Source: an uncultured Chloroflexia bacterium
Lineage (GTDB): Bacteria > Chloroflexota > Chloroflexia > Thermomicrobiales > UBA6265
Reading direction: 5' to 3'
Assembly: GCA_963712055.1 (NCBI GenBank)
Contig: CAVQGN010000002.1
Coordinates: forward strand, 134,784-198,783
DNA: 64,000 nt
The position numbers and the translations under genes were made by a program. Of the stretch, positions 18,215 to 25,466 are shown piece by piece. The stretch's first letter is position 1, and each line of letters opens with the position of its first letter. The notes beneath the pieces were generated by a model that saw only the letters and a list, made by a program, of their open reading frames with translations, was not told where the DNA came from and ran no database searches.

Positions 18215-18667
18215 ATGTTTGATGAAGTCAAAGGGTTCGGCGTCACGTTGCGGCGGATGTTTATGCCCAACCAGACGATCGAGTACCCGGAAGTCAAGCG
18301 GGAGATGGCACCACGGTTTCGCGGTCTCCCTTCACTGCGTTCAGATCCCGACACCGGTGAAGCCCTCTGCGTCGCGTGCGGCTTGTGCGCACGGATCTGC
18401 CCGACCACCTGTCTCGAGATGCATGTGATCCCGTCCGAAGAAGGCGACCGCGAACTCGGCGAGTTCATTCTTCGCGCCGGTCGCTGTATGTTTTGTGGTC
18501 TGTGCGCACAGGTCTGTCCTGTGGATGCCATCACTATGAGCTCGGAGTATGAGTTGTCGGTGATGGACCGCGATGGACTCGTCTATACGAAAACAGAACT
18601 CGCGCAGATCGGATCACAGGCGCCAATCTGGTGGGAAGCCGGCGCGGACGCACTGGTTCCGCGATAA
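18215..18667 (+). CDS. nuoI: NADH-quinone oxidoreductase subunit I (2x[4Fe-4S])
   Basis: TIEYPEVKREMAPRFRG...CVACGLCARICP...RCMFCGLCAQVCPVDAI. An AAGGAG SD is upstream. Confidence 0.9.
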   Translation: MFDEVKGFGVTLRRMFMPNQTIEYPEVKREMAPRFRGLPSLRSDPDTGEALCVACGLCARICPTTCLEMHVIPSEEGDRELGEFILRAGRCMFCGLCAQVCPVDAITMSSEYELSVMDRDGLVYTKTELAQIGSQAPIWWEAGADALVPR

Positions 18668-18690
18668 ACGCACCGATCAACATTGAACTC

Positions 18691-18716
18691 AGCGGACTGC
18701 CGATTGGCAGTCCGCT
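18691..18716 (+). terminator. Possible terminator hairpin after nuoI
   Basis: An 11-bp perfect stem, agcggactgcc-gatt-ggcagtccgct. The trailing tract (tctggttgg) is U-poor, so it is only a weak intrinsic-terminator candidate. Confidence 0.3.
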
Positions 18717-18731
18717 TCTGGTTGGTCGACG

Positions 18732-18740
18732 TGATACGCT
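18732..18740 (+). promoter_or_regulatory. Putative extended -10 element TGATACGCT upstream of the aldehyde dehydrogenase gene
   Basis: TGnTAnnCT pattern about 34 nt upstream of ATG 18774 and upstream of the AAGGAG SD. Confidence 0.3.
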
Positions 18741-18773
18741 GCAATCGATAGCCGGTAGCAAAGGAGACACGCA

Positions 18774-20216
18774 ATGACACAGTCCTACCCGATCTACCTG
18801 GCCGGTCAATGGGCACGATCTGATCGGGCGATGACGATCATCAATCCATACACCGGCGAACCCGTCGGCGAGACCTATCAGGCGACTGCGGAGCAGTACG
18901 ATCTGGCGGTCGAAAGTGCGGTAACTGTCTTTCCCGAACTGCGAGACATGCCCGTCTACGAACGCGTACGTCTTCTCGAGGCCTTGGCCACCCAGTTGCG
19001 CAACCGGCGCGACGAAGTCGCACGGATGATTACGCTCGAGTCAGGCAAGCCAATCCGCGACGCTGAAGTCGAAGCGGATCGGGGCGTTTTTACGGTCGAA
19101 ACGGCGGCTGAGGAAGCCAAGCGGATCGAAGGCGAGGTCATGCCGCTCGATCTCCTGCCCTCGTCTAAAGGACGCTTCGGGATCGTCCGACGCTTCCCGG
19201 TTGGCCCGGTCGCCGGGATCTCGCCGTTCAATTTCCCGCTCAATCTGGCTTTGCACAAGCTTGCGCCGGCGATGGCGGCCGGCTGCCCGATCGTGATCAA
19301 GCCACCATCCCGCGACCCATTGACCATGCTTCTCGTTGCCGAAATGCTCGACGAGATCGGAGTACCAGCTGGTTCGGTCAGCGTTCTCCCAATGGACCGG
19401 AAAACCGGCGACCGGATGGTCGAGGATGACCGCTTCAAGCTCCTGTCGTTCACTGGCTCGCCGGATGTCGGCTGGGATATGAAAGCGCGCGCCGGCCGCA
19501 AGCCTGTCGTGCTCGAACTCGGGGGCAACGCCGGGGTCATTGTCGACGAGGGTGCCGATCTCGCATTCGCCGCCCAACGCGTTCGGGTCGGCGCGTTCGC
19601 TTATGCCGGGCAGGTCTGTATCTCCGTCCAGCGCGTCTTTGTGCACGAAAAGGTCTATGACGAGTTCAGAGGACTTCTGGTCGCTGAAACAGCCAAAATG
19701 AAGCTCGGAGACCCATTGGATCGAGAAACCGATCTTGGGCCAATGATCGACGAAAAAGCCGCGACGCGCAGCCAGGGCTGGATCGCCGACGCGGTCGCTT
19801 CGGGTGCGACGGTGGTCACCGGCGGCAAAGCCGATGGGCGTTTCCTGGCACCGACGATCATCGAACACGCGCCGCTGGAGTCCTTTGTTTGTTCACGTGA
19901 GGCATTCGCACCGCTGGTAACGCTCTTCCCCGTGCCCGATTTCGGGTCGGCGGTGCGGGCCGTCAATGATTCGGTTTACGGCCTGCAGGCCGGTGTGTTC
20001 ACGAACTCACTCGAGCATGCGCTCTACGCTTTCGAAAATATCGAAGCCGGCGGAGTGATTCTGAACGACATCCCAACCTACCGGATCGACCACATGCCGT
20101 ACGGGGGCGTAAAGGATTCGGGATTGAGTCGTGAGGGCCTCAAATACGCCATCGAGGACATGACCGAAACCCGTCTGCTCGTGATCAACCGCCTGGAGAG
20201 CCAGCGCGTCCGCTAG
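18774..20216 (+). CDS. NAD(P)-dependent aldehyde dehydrogenase
   Basis: GISPFNFPLNLA.HK.APA.AAGC..V.KP......ELGGNAG.IV...GQVCISVQR (catalytic Cys and Glu motifs). Confidence 0.9.
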   Translation: MTQSYPIYLAGQWARSDRAMTIINPYTGEPVGETYQATAEQYDLAVESAVTVFPELRDMPVYERVRLLEALATQLRNRRDEVARMITLESGKPIRDAEVEADRGVFTVETAAEEAKRIEGEVMPLDLLPSSKGRFGIVRRFPVGPVAGISPFNFPLNLALHKLAPAMAAGCPIVIKPPSRDPLTMLLVAEMLDEIGVPAGSVSVLPMDRKTGDRMVEDDRFKLLSFTGSPDVGWDMKARAGRKPVVLELGGNAGVIVDEGADLAFAAQRVRVGAFAYAGQVCISVQRVFVHEKVYDEFRGLLVAETAKMKLGDPLDRETDLGPMIDEKAATRSQGWIADAVASGATVVTGGKADGRFLAPTIIEHAPLESFVCSREAFAPLVTLFPVPDFGSAVRAVNDSVYGLQAGVFTNSLEHALYAFENIEAGGVILNDIPTYRIDHMPYGGVKDSGLSREGLKYAIEDMTETRLLVINRLESQRVR

Positions 20217-21061
20217 TCGCGGAGCGCAATCAGGCGATCGAGGTTCATTCGGTCCTCGGTGTAGTCGTCATCCTTCGGGGTTTCGAGGATACCGGGGATA
20301 TCCTCGAGTCGTGGATCATTGACGAAGAACCCGAATGCCGCTTCTCCGATTTCGCCGTCACCAATATGGCTGTGGCGATCCCGGTGACTCCCGAACGGTT
20401 TCATCGAATCGTTGAGATGAACGACCTTGAGGTAGTCGAGACCAATCGTGTCATCGAACTGGCGCATAGTCGCATCGTAACTCTCTCCGTCGCGGATGTC
20501 GTAGCCGGCAGCGAAAACATGGCAGGTATCAAGGCAGACCGCGATCCGATTCTTGTCGTCGACTCCGTCGATCATCGCTGCGATTTCTTCGAATGTTCGG
20601 CCGAGTGTCGTGCCTTGACCGGCCGTGGTTTCGAGTGCGATCACCGCAGAACCAGCGGGCATTTCGGCATGAATCCGATTGATCGCTTCCGACACGCGCC
20701 GAATGCCTGCATCGACTCCGGACTCCATGTGGGCACCGGGATGTGACACGAGCAGTGGCACCGAAAGTGTGTCGCAGCGGTCGAGTTCGACTTTGAGCGC
20801 TTCCATAGACTTTTCCCAGGCGGTATCATCGGGCGATGCAATGTTAATGAGATAGGAGTCGTGGGCTACAACATCGCTGATGCCACTTTCTTCGAGCGCG
20901 AGGCGATACCGCTCAACGACTGCCGGGTCGAGCGGCTTGGCTTTCCACTGGTTGGCATTTTTGGTGAAGAGCTGAAAGGCACCCATATCCAGCGCTTTCG
21001 CTCGTCCAACGGCCGTATCGACGCCACCTGCCGTAGAAACATGTGATCCGAGTTTGCGCAC
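20213..21061 (-). CDS. nfo: Endonuclease IV (AP endonuclease, xylose isomerase-like TIM barrel)
   Basis: LGSHVSTAGG...AFQ.FTKN.NQW......AHDSYLINIASPD......SHPGAH....HLNDS. I moved the start to GTG 21061, which has an AGGAG SD 10 nt upstream. The longer ORF to 21145 would overlap the upstream gene. Confidence 0.9.
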   Translation of the reverse strand: MRKLGSHVSTAGGVDTAVGRAKALDMGAFQLFTKNANQWKAKPLDPAVVERYRLALEESGISDVVAHDSYLINIASPDDTAWEKSMEALKVELDRCDTLSVPLLVSHPGAHMESGVDAGIRRVSEAINRIHAEMPAGSAVIALETTAGQGTTLGRTFEEIAAMIDGVDDKNRIAVCLDTCHVFAAGYDIRDGESYDATMRQFDDTIGLDYLKVVHLNDSMKPFGSHRDRHSHIGDGEIGEAAFGFFVNDPRLEDIPGILETPKDDDYTEDRMNLDRLIALRD

Positions 21062-21068
21062 CGGTTTT

Positions 21069-21428
21069 CTACTCCTGCGAATCCGATTCAGCCATCGCGA
21101 TGAGCGCGTTCTTGTCGAAACCTGAAATGATCCCGTTCTTCCCAAGGACGAGCGGGCGTTTGATCAACGCTGGATGCTCCTGGATCAACGCGATCCACTC
21201 GGCTCGATTGATCTCGCGGGCTCCGAGACCAAGTTCGCGGTATGGGGTGCTTTTTGTCGATACGATGTCTTCAGCCCCCAACCCAAAACGGTCCAAGATA
21301 TCCCGGATCTCTTCGGTCGAAAGCGGTTCCTTGAAGAAGTCACGGTAGGTGAACTCGATCTCTTCGGAACGGAGGAACTCCTCCGTTTTTCGGCAAGTTG
21401 TTCAGGTTTTTCGGCAAAGGACTTCCAT
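21069..21428 (-). CDS. Spx/ArsC-family (PF03960-like) redox protein with in-frame TGA (21404..21402) at the first Cys of CxxC; candidate selenoprotein (alternatively a pseudogene)
   Basis: The ORF track gives only the 75-aa C-terminus (21069..21296). The frame stays open upstream: MEVLCRKT-TGA-TTCRKTEEFLRSEEIEFTYRDFFKEPLSTEEIRDILDRFG...IQEHPALIKRPLV. By eye this aligns with Spx ([46 protein letters not shown]...INEHPGLLRRPII). ATG 21428 has a GGAGA SD 5 nt upstream. Confidence 0.55.
21369..21386 (-). promoter_or_regulatory. SECIS-like stem-loop 15 nt downstream of the in-frame UGA
   Basis: On the minus strand: ACGGAGG-AGUU-CCUCCGU (7 bp, or 8 with flanking A-U). GU is in the apical loop. The UGA-to-loop distance is about 22 nt. 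Confidence 0.4.
21385..21417. repeat. 12-bp direct repeat (gtttttcggcaa x2) with 21-bp period flanking the in-frame TGA
   Basis: Copies lie at 21385-21396 and 21406-21417 (+ strand). On the coding strand each encodes CRKT, and the TGA lies between them. Confidence 0.8.
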
Positions 21429-21536
21429 CAATGTCTCCAGATCAGCGCAGAACATCGTGCTCCAGCCGCTATGCTAGCATTCGCGGTCGAGTCCAGGCTT
21501 TTCTGGTGTTGGCTGTTCGCATCGAGGACACACGGG

Positions 21537-22322
21537 TTGTTCACCATTCCCACATCGCAGCTAGCTGCGGCCCAGCCTTCCCAGACCGTCGTCATTCCTG
21601 CCTACAACGAAGAAGACCGCATCGCCGCGACTGTCACCTCGGTGGTGACTTTTCTGGAAGCGCAATCCTTCGAATGGGAAGTCATCGTGGTCGACGATGG
21701 CAGTACTGATGCCACGGCAAGCCGTGCCCGTGAAGCGATGCTGAACCACGACACCGTCCACGTTCTGACGGTTCCGCATGGTGGGAAAGCAGCGGCCGTG
21801 CGGACGGGTGTCGATGCGGCAGTCGGCGATCTCATCCTCTTCGCCGATGCCGATATGGCGACACCGATCGCCTACCTGTTGCCGTTCCGTGACGCCATCG
21901 CGGAGGGAGCCGACATCGCGATTGGTTCCCGTGAAGGAAACGGCGCGTCGCGCATCGGGGAACCGTCGTTTCGTCACGCCATGGGGCGGGTGTTTAACGG
22001 ACTGGTTCGTGTCTCACTGTTGCCAGGTATTCAGGACACCCAGTGCGGGTTCAAACTCTTCACCAGGGAATCAGCGACCGATATCTTCGCTTCCACGGTT
22101 CGCCACCAACCAGAACAGCGGGAAATCAACGGACCGCGGGTCACTGCGTTCGATGTTGAATTGCTCCTGATCGCGAAACGTCACGGCTATCGTGTTGTGA
22201 CACTACCGGTGACTTGGACCTTCGGCGAACAAAGCAAAGTCAACCCGATTGCCGACACGATCACCAACGCGTCTGACCTCGTCGCGATCAAATGGAACGA
22301 CTTGCGCGGTCGCTATGACTGA
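21537..22322 (+). CDS. Family-2 glycosyltransferase (polyprenyl-phosphate glycosyltransferase-like)
   Basis: VVIPAYNEEDRI...VIVVDDGSTD.T...FADADMATP...QCGFKLF. ORF 21174..22322 is clearly over-extended, being antisense to the Spx-like gene. I prefer TTG 21537, which has a GAGGA SD 8 nt upstream. ATG 21471 is the alternative. Confidence 0.85.
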   Translation: MFTIPTSQLAAAQPSQTVVIPAYNEEDRIAATVTSVVTFLEAQSFEWEVIVVDDGSTDATASRAREAMLNHDTVHVLTVPHGGKAAAVRTGVDAAVGDLILFADADMATPIAYLLPFRDAIAEGADIAIGSREGNGASRIGEPSFRHAMGRVFNGLVRVSLLPGIQDTQCGFKLFTRESATDIFASTVRHQPEQREINGPRVTAFDVELLLIAKRHGYRVVTLPVTWTFGEQSKVNPIADTITNASDLVAIKWNDLRGRYD

Positions 22323-22394
22323 ACCGAGCCTTCGTCTCGTCGTTGATGTACGTATACTATGTCCGTACGTTTGTATCGCTGACAGGTTTTTTCG

Positions 22395-23102
22395 ATGACC
22401 ATCCGCATTCTCATCGTCGATGAACACTCACTGTATCGCAAAGGTGTGGCCGTCAGCTGCGCCAGTGAGCGCGATCTCACGATCGTCGGTGAAGCAGAAA
22501 ACGGCGATCACGCATTGGCGCTGTCCGACACCTACCTCCCCGATGTGATCCTTGTCGACGCCGACTTGGGAGGAGATGCCGGGATCGAGCTCACACGCAA
22601 TCTCAAACGACGTCATCCCCAGACCGGGGTGCTTGTGCTTTCGGCTCGTTTCGACGACGAGCAGCTCTTCCAGGCGATCCGCGCCGGCGCCGCCGCGTAC
22701 GTCGCCAAGGATATCGATGCGGCCGGTTTGGCTGATCTGATTCGTCGAGTCGCTCGCGGCGATTATGTCATCAACGAAAGCGTGCTCTCGCGTCCCCACG
22801 TCGCGTCTCGAGTGCTGAATCAGTTTCGCGAGATTTCTGAACTGGACGAATCGACGGACGGCGTGTTTTCGCCTTTGACGCCGCGGGAAATCGAGATTCT
22901 CGATCGCGTTGCGCAGGGAAACAGTAACAAGGAAATCGCCTACGGTCTCGGCATCTCGGACCAGACTGTCAAAAACCACATCACGTCGATTCTGCGGAAA
23001 CTCGCAGTCAACGACCGCACCCAGGCGGTGATCTACGCGCTTAGACAGGGGTGGATCAAGCTCGAGGACTATGGCGAGCCTGATCAACGCTCCAGACGCT
23101 GA
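22395..23102 (+). CDS. NarL/FixJ (LuxR-type HTH) response regulator
   Basis: A receiver domain (RILIVDEH...DVILVDADL...VLVLSA) plus LTPREIEILDRVAQGNSNKEIAYGLGISDQTVKNHITSILRKL. Confidence 0.9.
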   Translation: MTIRILIVDEHSLYRKGVAVSCASERDLTIVGEAENGDHALALSDTYLPDVILVDADLGGDAGIELTRNLKRRHPQTGVLVLSARFDDEQLFQAIRAGAAAYVAKDIDAAGLADLIRRVARGDYVINESVLSRPHVASRVLNQFREISELDESTDGVFSPLTPREIEILDRVAQGNSNKEIAYGLGISDQTVKNHITSILRKLAVNDRTQAVIYALRQGWIKLEDYGEPDQRSRR

Positions 23103-23106
23103 CGCT

Positions 23107-24822
23107 CTACTTCCGGGAAAACTGCTTTTCCAGTTCGAGTTGGGTCAAACTGAGCATGGTTGGACGACCATGTCCGCACGCACGCGGATGCTCGGTTGAC
23201 TCGAGCTGTTCGACCAGCTCCCGCATCTCGGTCAGACTGAGGGCTTGGCCAGCGCGGATCGAGGTGTGACAGGCCACCGAAATCGCGACCGAATCGAGCC
23301 ACGAATCTCCGACACCACCATCGGCAAGCTCTGCCAGAATCAATCCGAGGCGCTCGGCAATGTCGACGCCCACGGCATTGGTCGGGATCGCTCGCACCAG
23401 CACTGCTTGATCGCCGAATGGCTCAACATCGAATCCGAGTTCACGCAATTCCTCGACTGATCGATCGAGAACTGCTCGCTGTTCCGGTGGCAGTTCGATC
23501 ACGATTGGATCGAGCATCGGTTGCGAATCGGCTGATTTTCCGGCGAGATGAGCGAGATAGCGCTCATAGACGATACGTTCATGAGCCGCGTGCTGGTCGA
23601 TCAGATAGAGCCCCTCCGGACCCTCCGCGATAATGTATGTCGCCGCCACCTGTCCCAGCACCCGCAACGCCGGCAACGACCGTGTCCGGATGATCGCAGC
23701 TGACTTATCTGGCTCGCTGCCTCGGACAGGTTCACCCCAGGTCGTGCTTGGCAGTGGCTCGGTCGAATGGACTATCTGCGGTGCGCCCCCGCCGAAAGAA
23801 ATCTGCGGAATTGGTGGACTCGGCATGCTCGAAAGCGTCGCATGAGCCGCTCTCGACACCACACGCGTCACCTGGCGCTCGTCCGCGAACTTGACTTCGG
23901 CTTTGGTGGGATGAACATTGATATCGACCAGCGCCGGATCGATATCGATCCGGATCATCGCCAGGGGATGCCGACCGACCATCAGAAGTGAGTGATAGGC
24001 ATCCTCGAGCGCATAGGACAACGGTCGGTTCTGCACCTGCCGCCCGTTGACAAAGAAAAGCATGTGCTGCCGAGTGGCCCGACTCACCGCGGGAGCCGTC
24101 AACCAGCCGCTGACCGCCACTGCAGCACCGGGAACCGGCAGATCGCTTTCGACGAGCGGCAACACGGCGTTGCCGATTTCGCTCCCATGCAAGGCGACTA
24201 CAGAATCGATCAGTTCACCGTTCCCGCTAGTAGCCATCACTTTGCGCCCATCGATGATCAATTGAAACGCGATACCCGGATAGGCTAGCGCATACGATTC
24301 GACCACTCTGACGATCGCGGAGGTTTCGGTCGAAGGCTGCTTCAGAAACTTCCGCCGCGCCGGCACATTCCCAAAGAGATCGGTCACTGAAACCGTGGTA
24401 CCGAAATCGGTGCCCGTTCGCTCTGGTCTCCCGAGAGCGCCGTAATCGCAAACGAGCCGGATTCCGGCGGCATCGCTCGACTGACGCGACGTGATCGTCA
24501 CGTGCGCAACGGCGCCAATACTCGGCAAGGCTTCTCCCCGGAACCCGAGGGTGCCGAGATGGTCGAGATCCTCGAACAGCGTCAATTTCGAGGTGGCATG
24601 GCGCTCGAAAGCCAGCGGAATTTCGTCCGATGACATCCCGGCGCCATTGTCGTTGACCTCCAGCTGCGCTAAACCGCCGCCACCAACGCTGATCCGGATC
24701 CGGGTGGCGCCGGCGTCGATCGCATTTTCGACCAGTTCCTTCGCGACTGACGCTGGTCGCTCGACGACCTCGCCGGCGCATATCTTGCCGATGGTCCGTT
24801 CGTCCAGAAGTCGGATCGTCAT
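23107..24822 (-). CDS. mutL: DNA mismatch repair endonuclease MutL
   Basis: IAAGEVVERPASV.KELVENAIDAG-type N-terminus, DQHAAHERI.YE, and C-terminal ACH.S.RAG and CGHGRPT motifs. Confidence 0.95.
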   Translation of the reverse strand: MTIRLLDERTIGKICAGEVVERPASVAKELVENAIDAGATRIRISVGGGGLAQLEVNDNGAGMSSDEIPLAFERHATSKLTLFEDLDHLGTLGFRGEALPSIGAVAHVTITSRQSSDAAGIRLVCDYGALGRPERTGTDFGTTVSVTDLFGNVPARRKFLKQPSTETSAIVRVVESYALAYPGIAFQLIIDGRKVMATSGNGELIDSVVALHGSEIGNAVLPLVESDLPVPGAAVAVSGWLTAPAVSRATRQHMLFFVNGRQVQNRPLSYALEDAYHSLLMVGRHPLAMIRIDIDPALVDINVHPTKAEVKFADERQVTRVVSRAAHATLSSMPSPPIPQISFGGGAPQIVHSTEPLPSTTWGEPVRGSEPDKSAAIIRTRSLPALRVLGQVAATYIIAEGPEGLYLIDQHAAHERIVYERYLAHLAGKSADSQPMLDPIVIELPPEQRAVLDRSVEELRELGFDVEPFGDQAVLVRAIPTNAVGVDIAERLGLILAELADGGVGDSWLDSVAISVACHTSIRAGQALSLTEMRELVEQLESTEHPRACGHGRPTMLSLTQLELEKQFSRK

Positions 24823-25466
24823 CTCACCGGTTCCAGCCGTGCCGTTTTCCTGGCCGGTACCCGCGACACATAGCGATTTCCAGTGGCGAAGAATCTCAAG
24901 GGTAGCTCGACCGATTTCGAGATTCCGATCCGAGGACCAGTAGAAACTTCAAGGATTTGTGACCCACGCCGAACCTGAATTGCGCTTTCTACGACGAGAT
25001 CGACCCCGTTCAGGCTGCCATCGATTGCCAATGCCTGACAGACCTTCCCGGGACCGGAGCAGAGCGACACCAGCGCTTCCTGACCGCGCCGCTCTCTCAT
25101 CAATTCGATGCCCGTGAGTGGTTCCAGGGCACGGATCAGAATCGCACCGTGCTCTGCACTGCTGTCTCTGGCAACGATGTTGAACATCTGGTGAATCCCA
25201 TATGAACGATAGACATAGATCGTACCCGGAGCACGAGCCATGATCGCCCGCCCTGCTCGGAGCCAGACAGCATGGGAAGCGAGGTCGTGAGAACCGAGAT
25301 ACGCCTCGGTTTCGACAATCATGCCCGATGTCTCTTGCCCACCTACCGTTGAGACAAGGTGACAGCCGATCAATTCGCGAGCGACGGTCTCCGTCGGGCG
25401 GTCGAAAAAGGCTCGACCGAGGAGTGTCTCAGTTGCCAGCGCCATCGAGAGCAGCCAATCGATCAT
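24819..25466 (-). CDS. mpg: DNA-3-methyladenine glycosylase (Mpg/AAG family)
   Basis: FFDRPT..VARELIGC.LV......GMIVETEAYLG..D.ASHA......R...M....G..YVYRSYGIH.MFN. The start may be ATG 25445 (17-nt overlap with the valS end) rather than 25466. Confidence 0.85.
   Translation of the reverse strand: MIDWLLSMALATETLLGRAFFDRPTETVARELIGCHLVSTVGGQETSGMIVETEAYLGSHDLASHAVWLRAGRAIMARAPGTIYVYRSYGIHQMFNIVARDSSAEHGAILIRALEPLTGIELMRERRGQEALVSLCSGPGKVCQALAIDGSLNGVDLVVESAIQVRRGSQILEVSTGPRIGISKSVELPLRFFATGNRYVSRVPARKTARLEPVR

Noticed and set aside
21369-21390. On the + strand the same hairpin reads ACGGAGG-AACT-CCTCCGT followed by TTTTT, which looks like a canonical intrinsic terminator
   Set aside because: No + strand gene ends upstream of it; the nearest is aldH, more than 1.1 kb away and already overlapped by nfo. 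It sits inside the minus-strand Spx/ArsC-like coding frame. It could still stop antisense transcription, so it is noted but not called as a terminator.
21174-21536. N-terminal extension of the GT2 ORF (start 21174 or 21471)
   Set aside because: The extension is antisense to the Spx/ArsC-like gene and has no GT2-like sequence. The conserved domain begins about 16 aa after TTG 21537, which has an SD.
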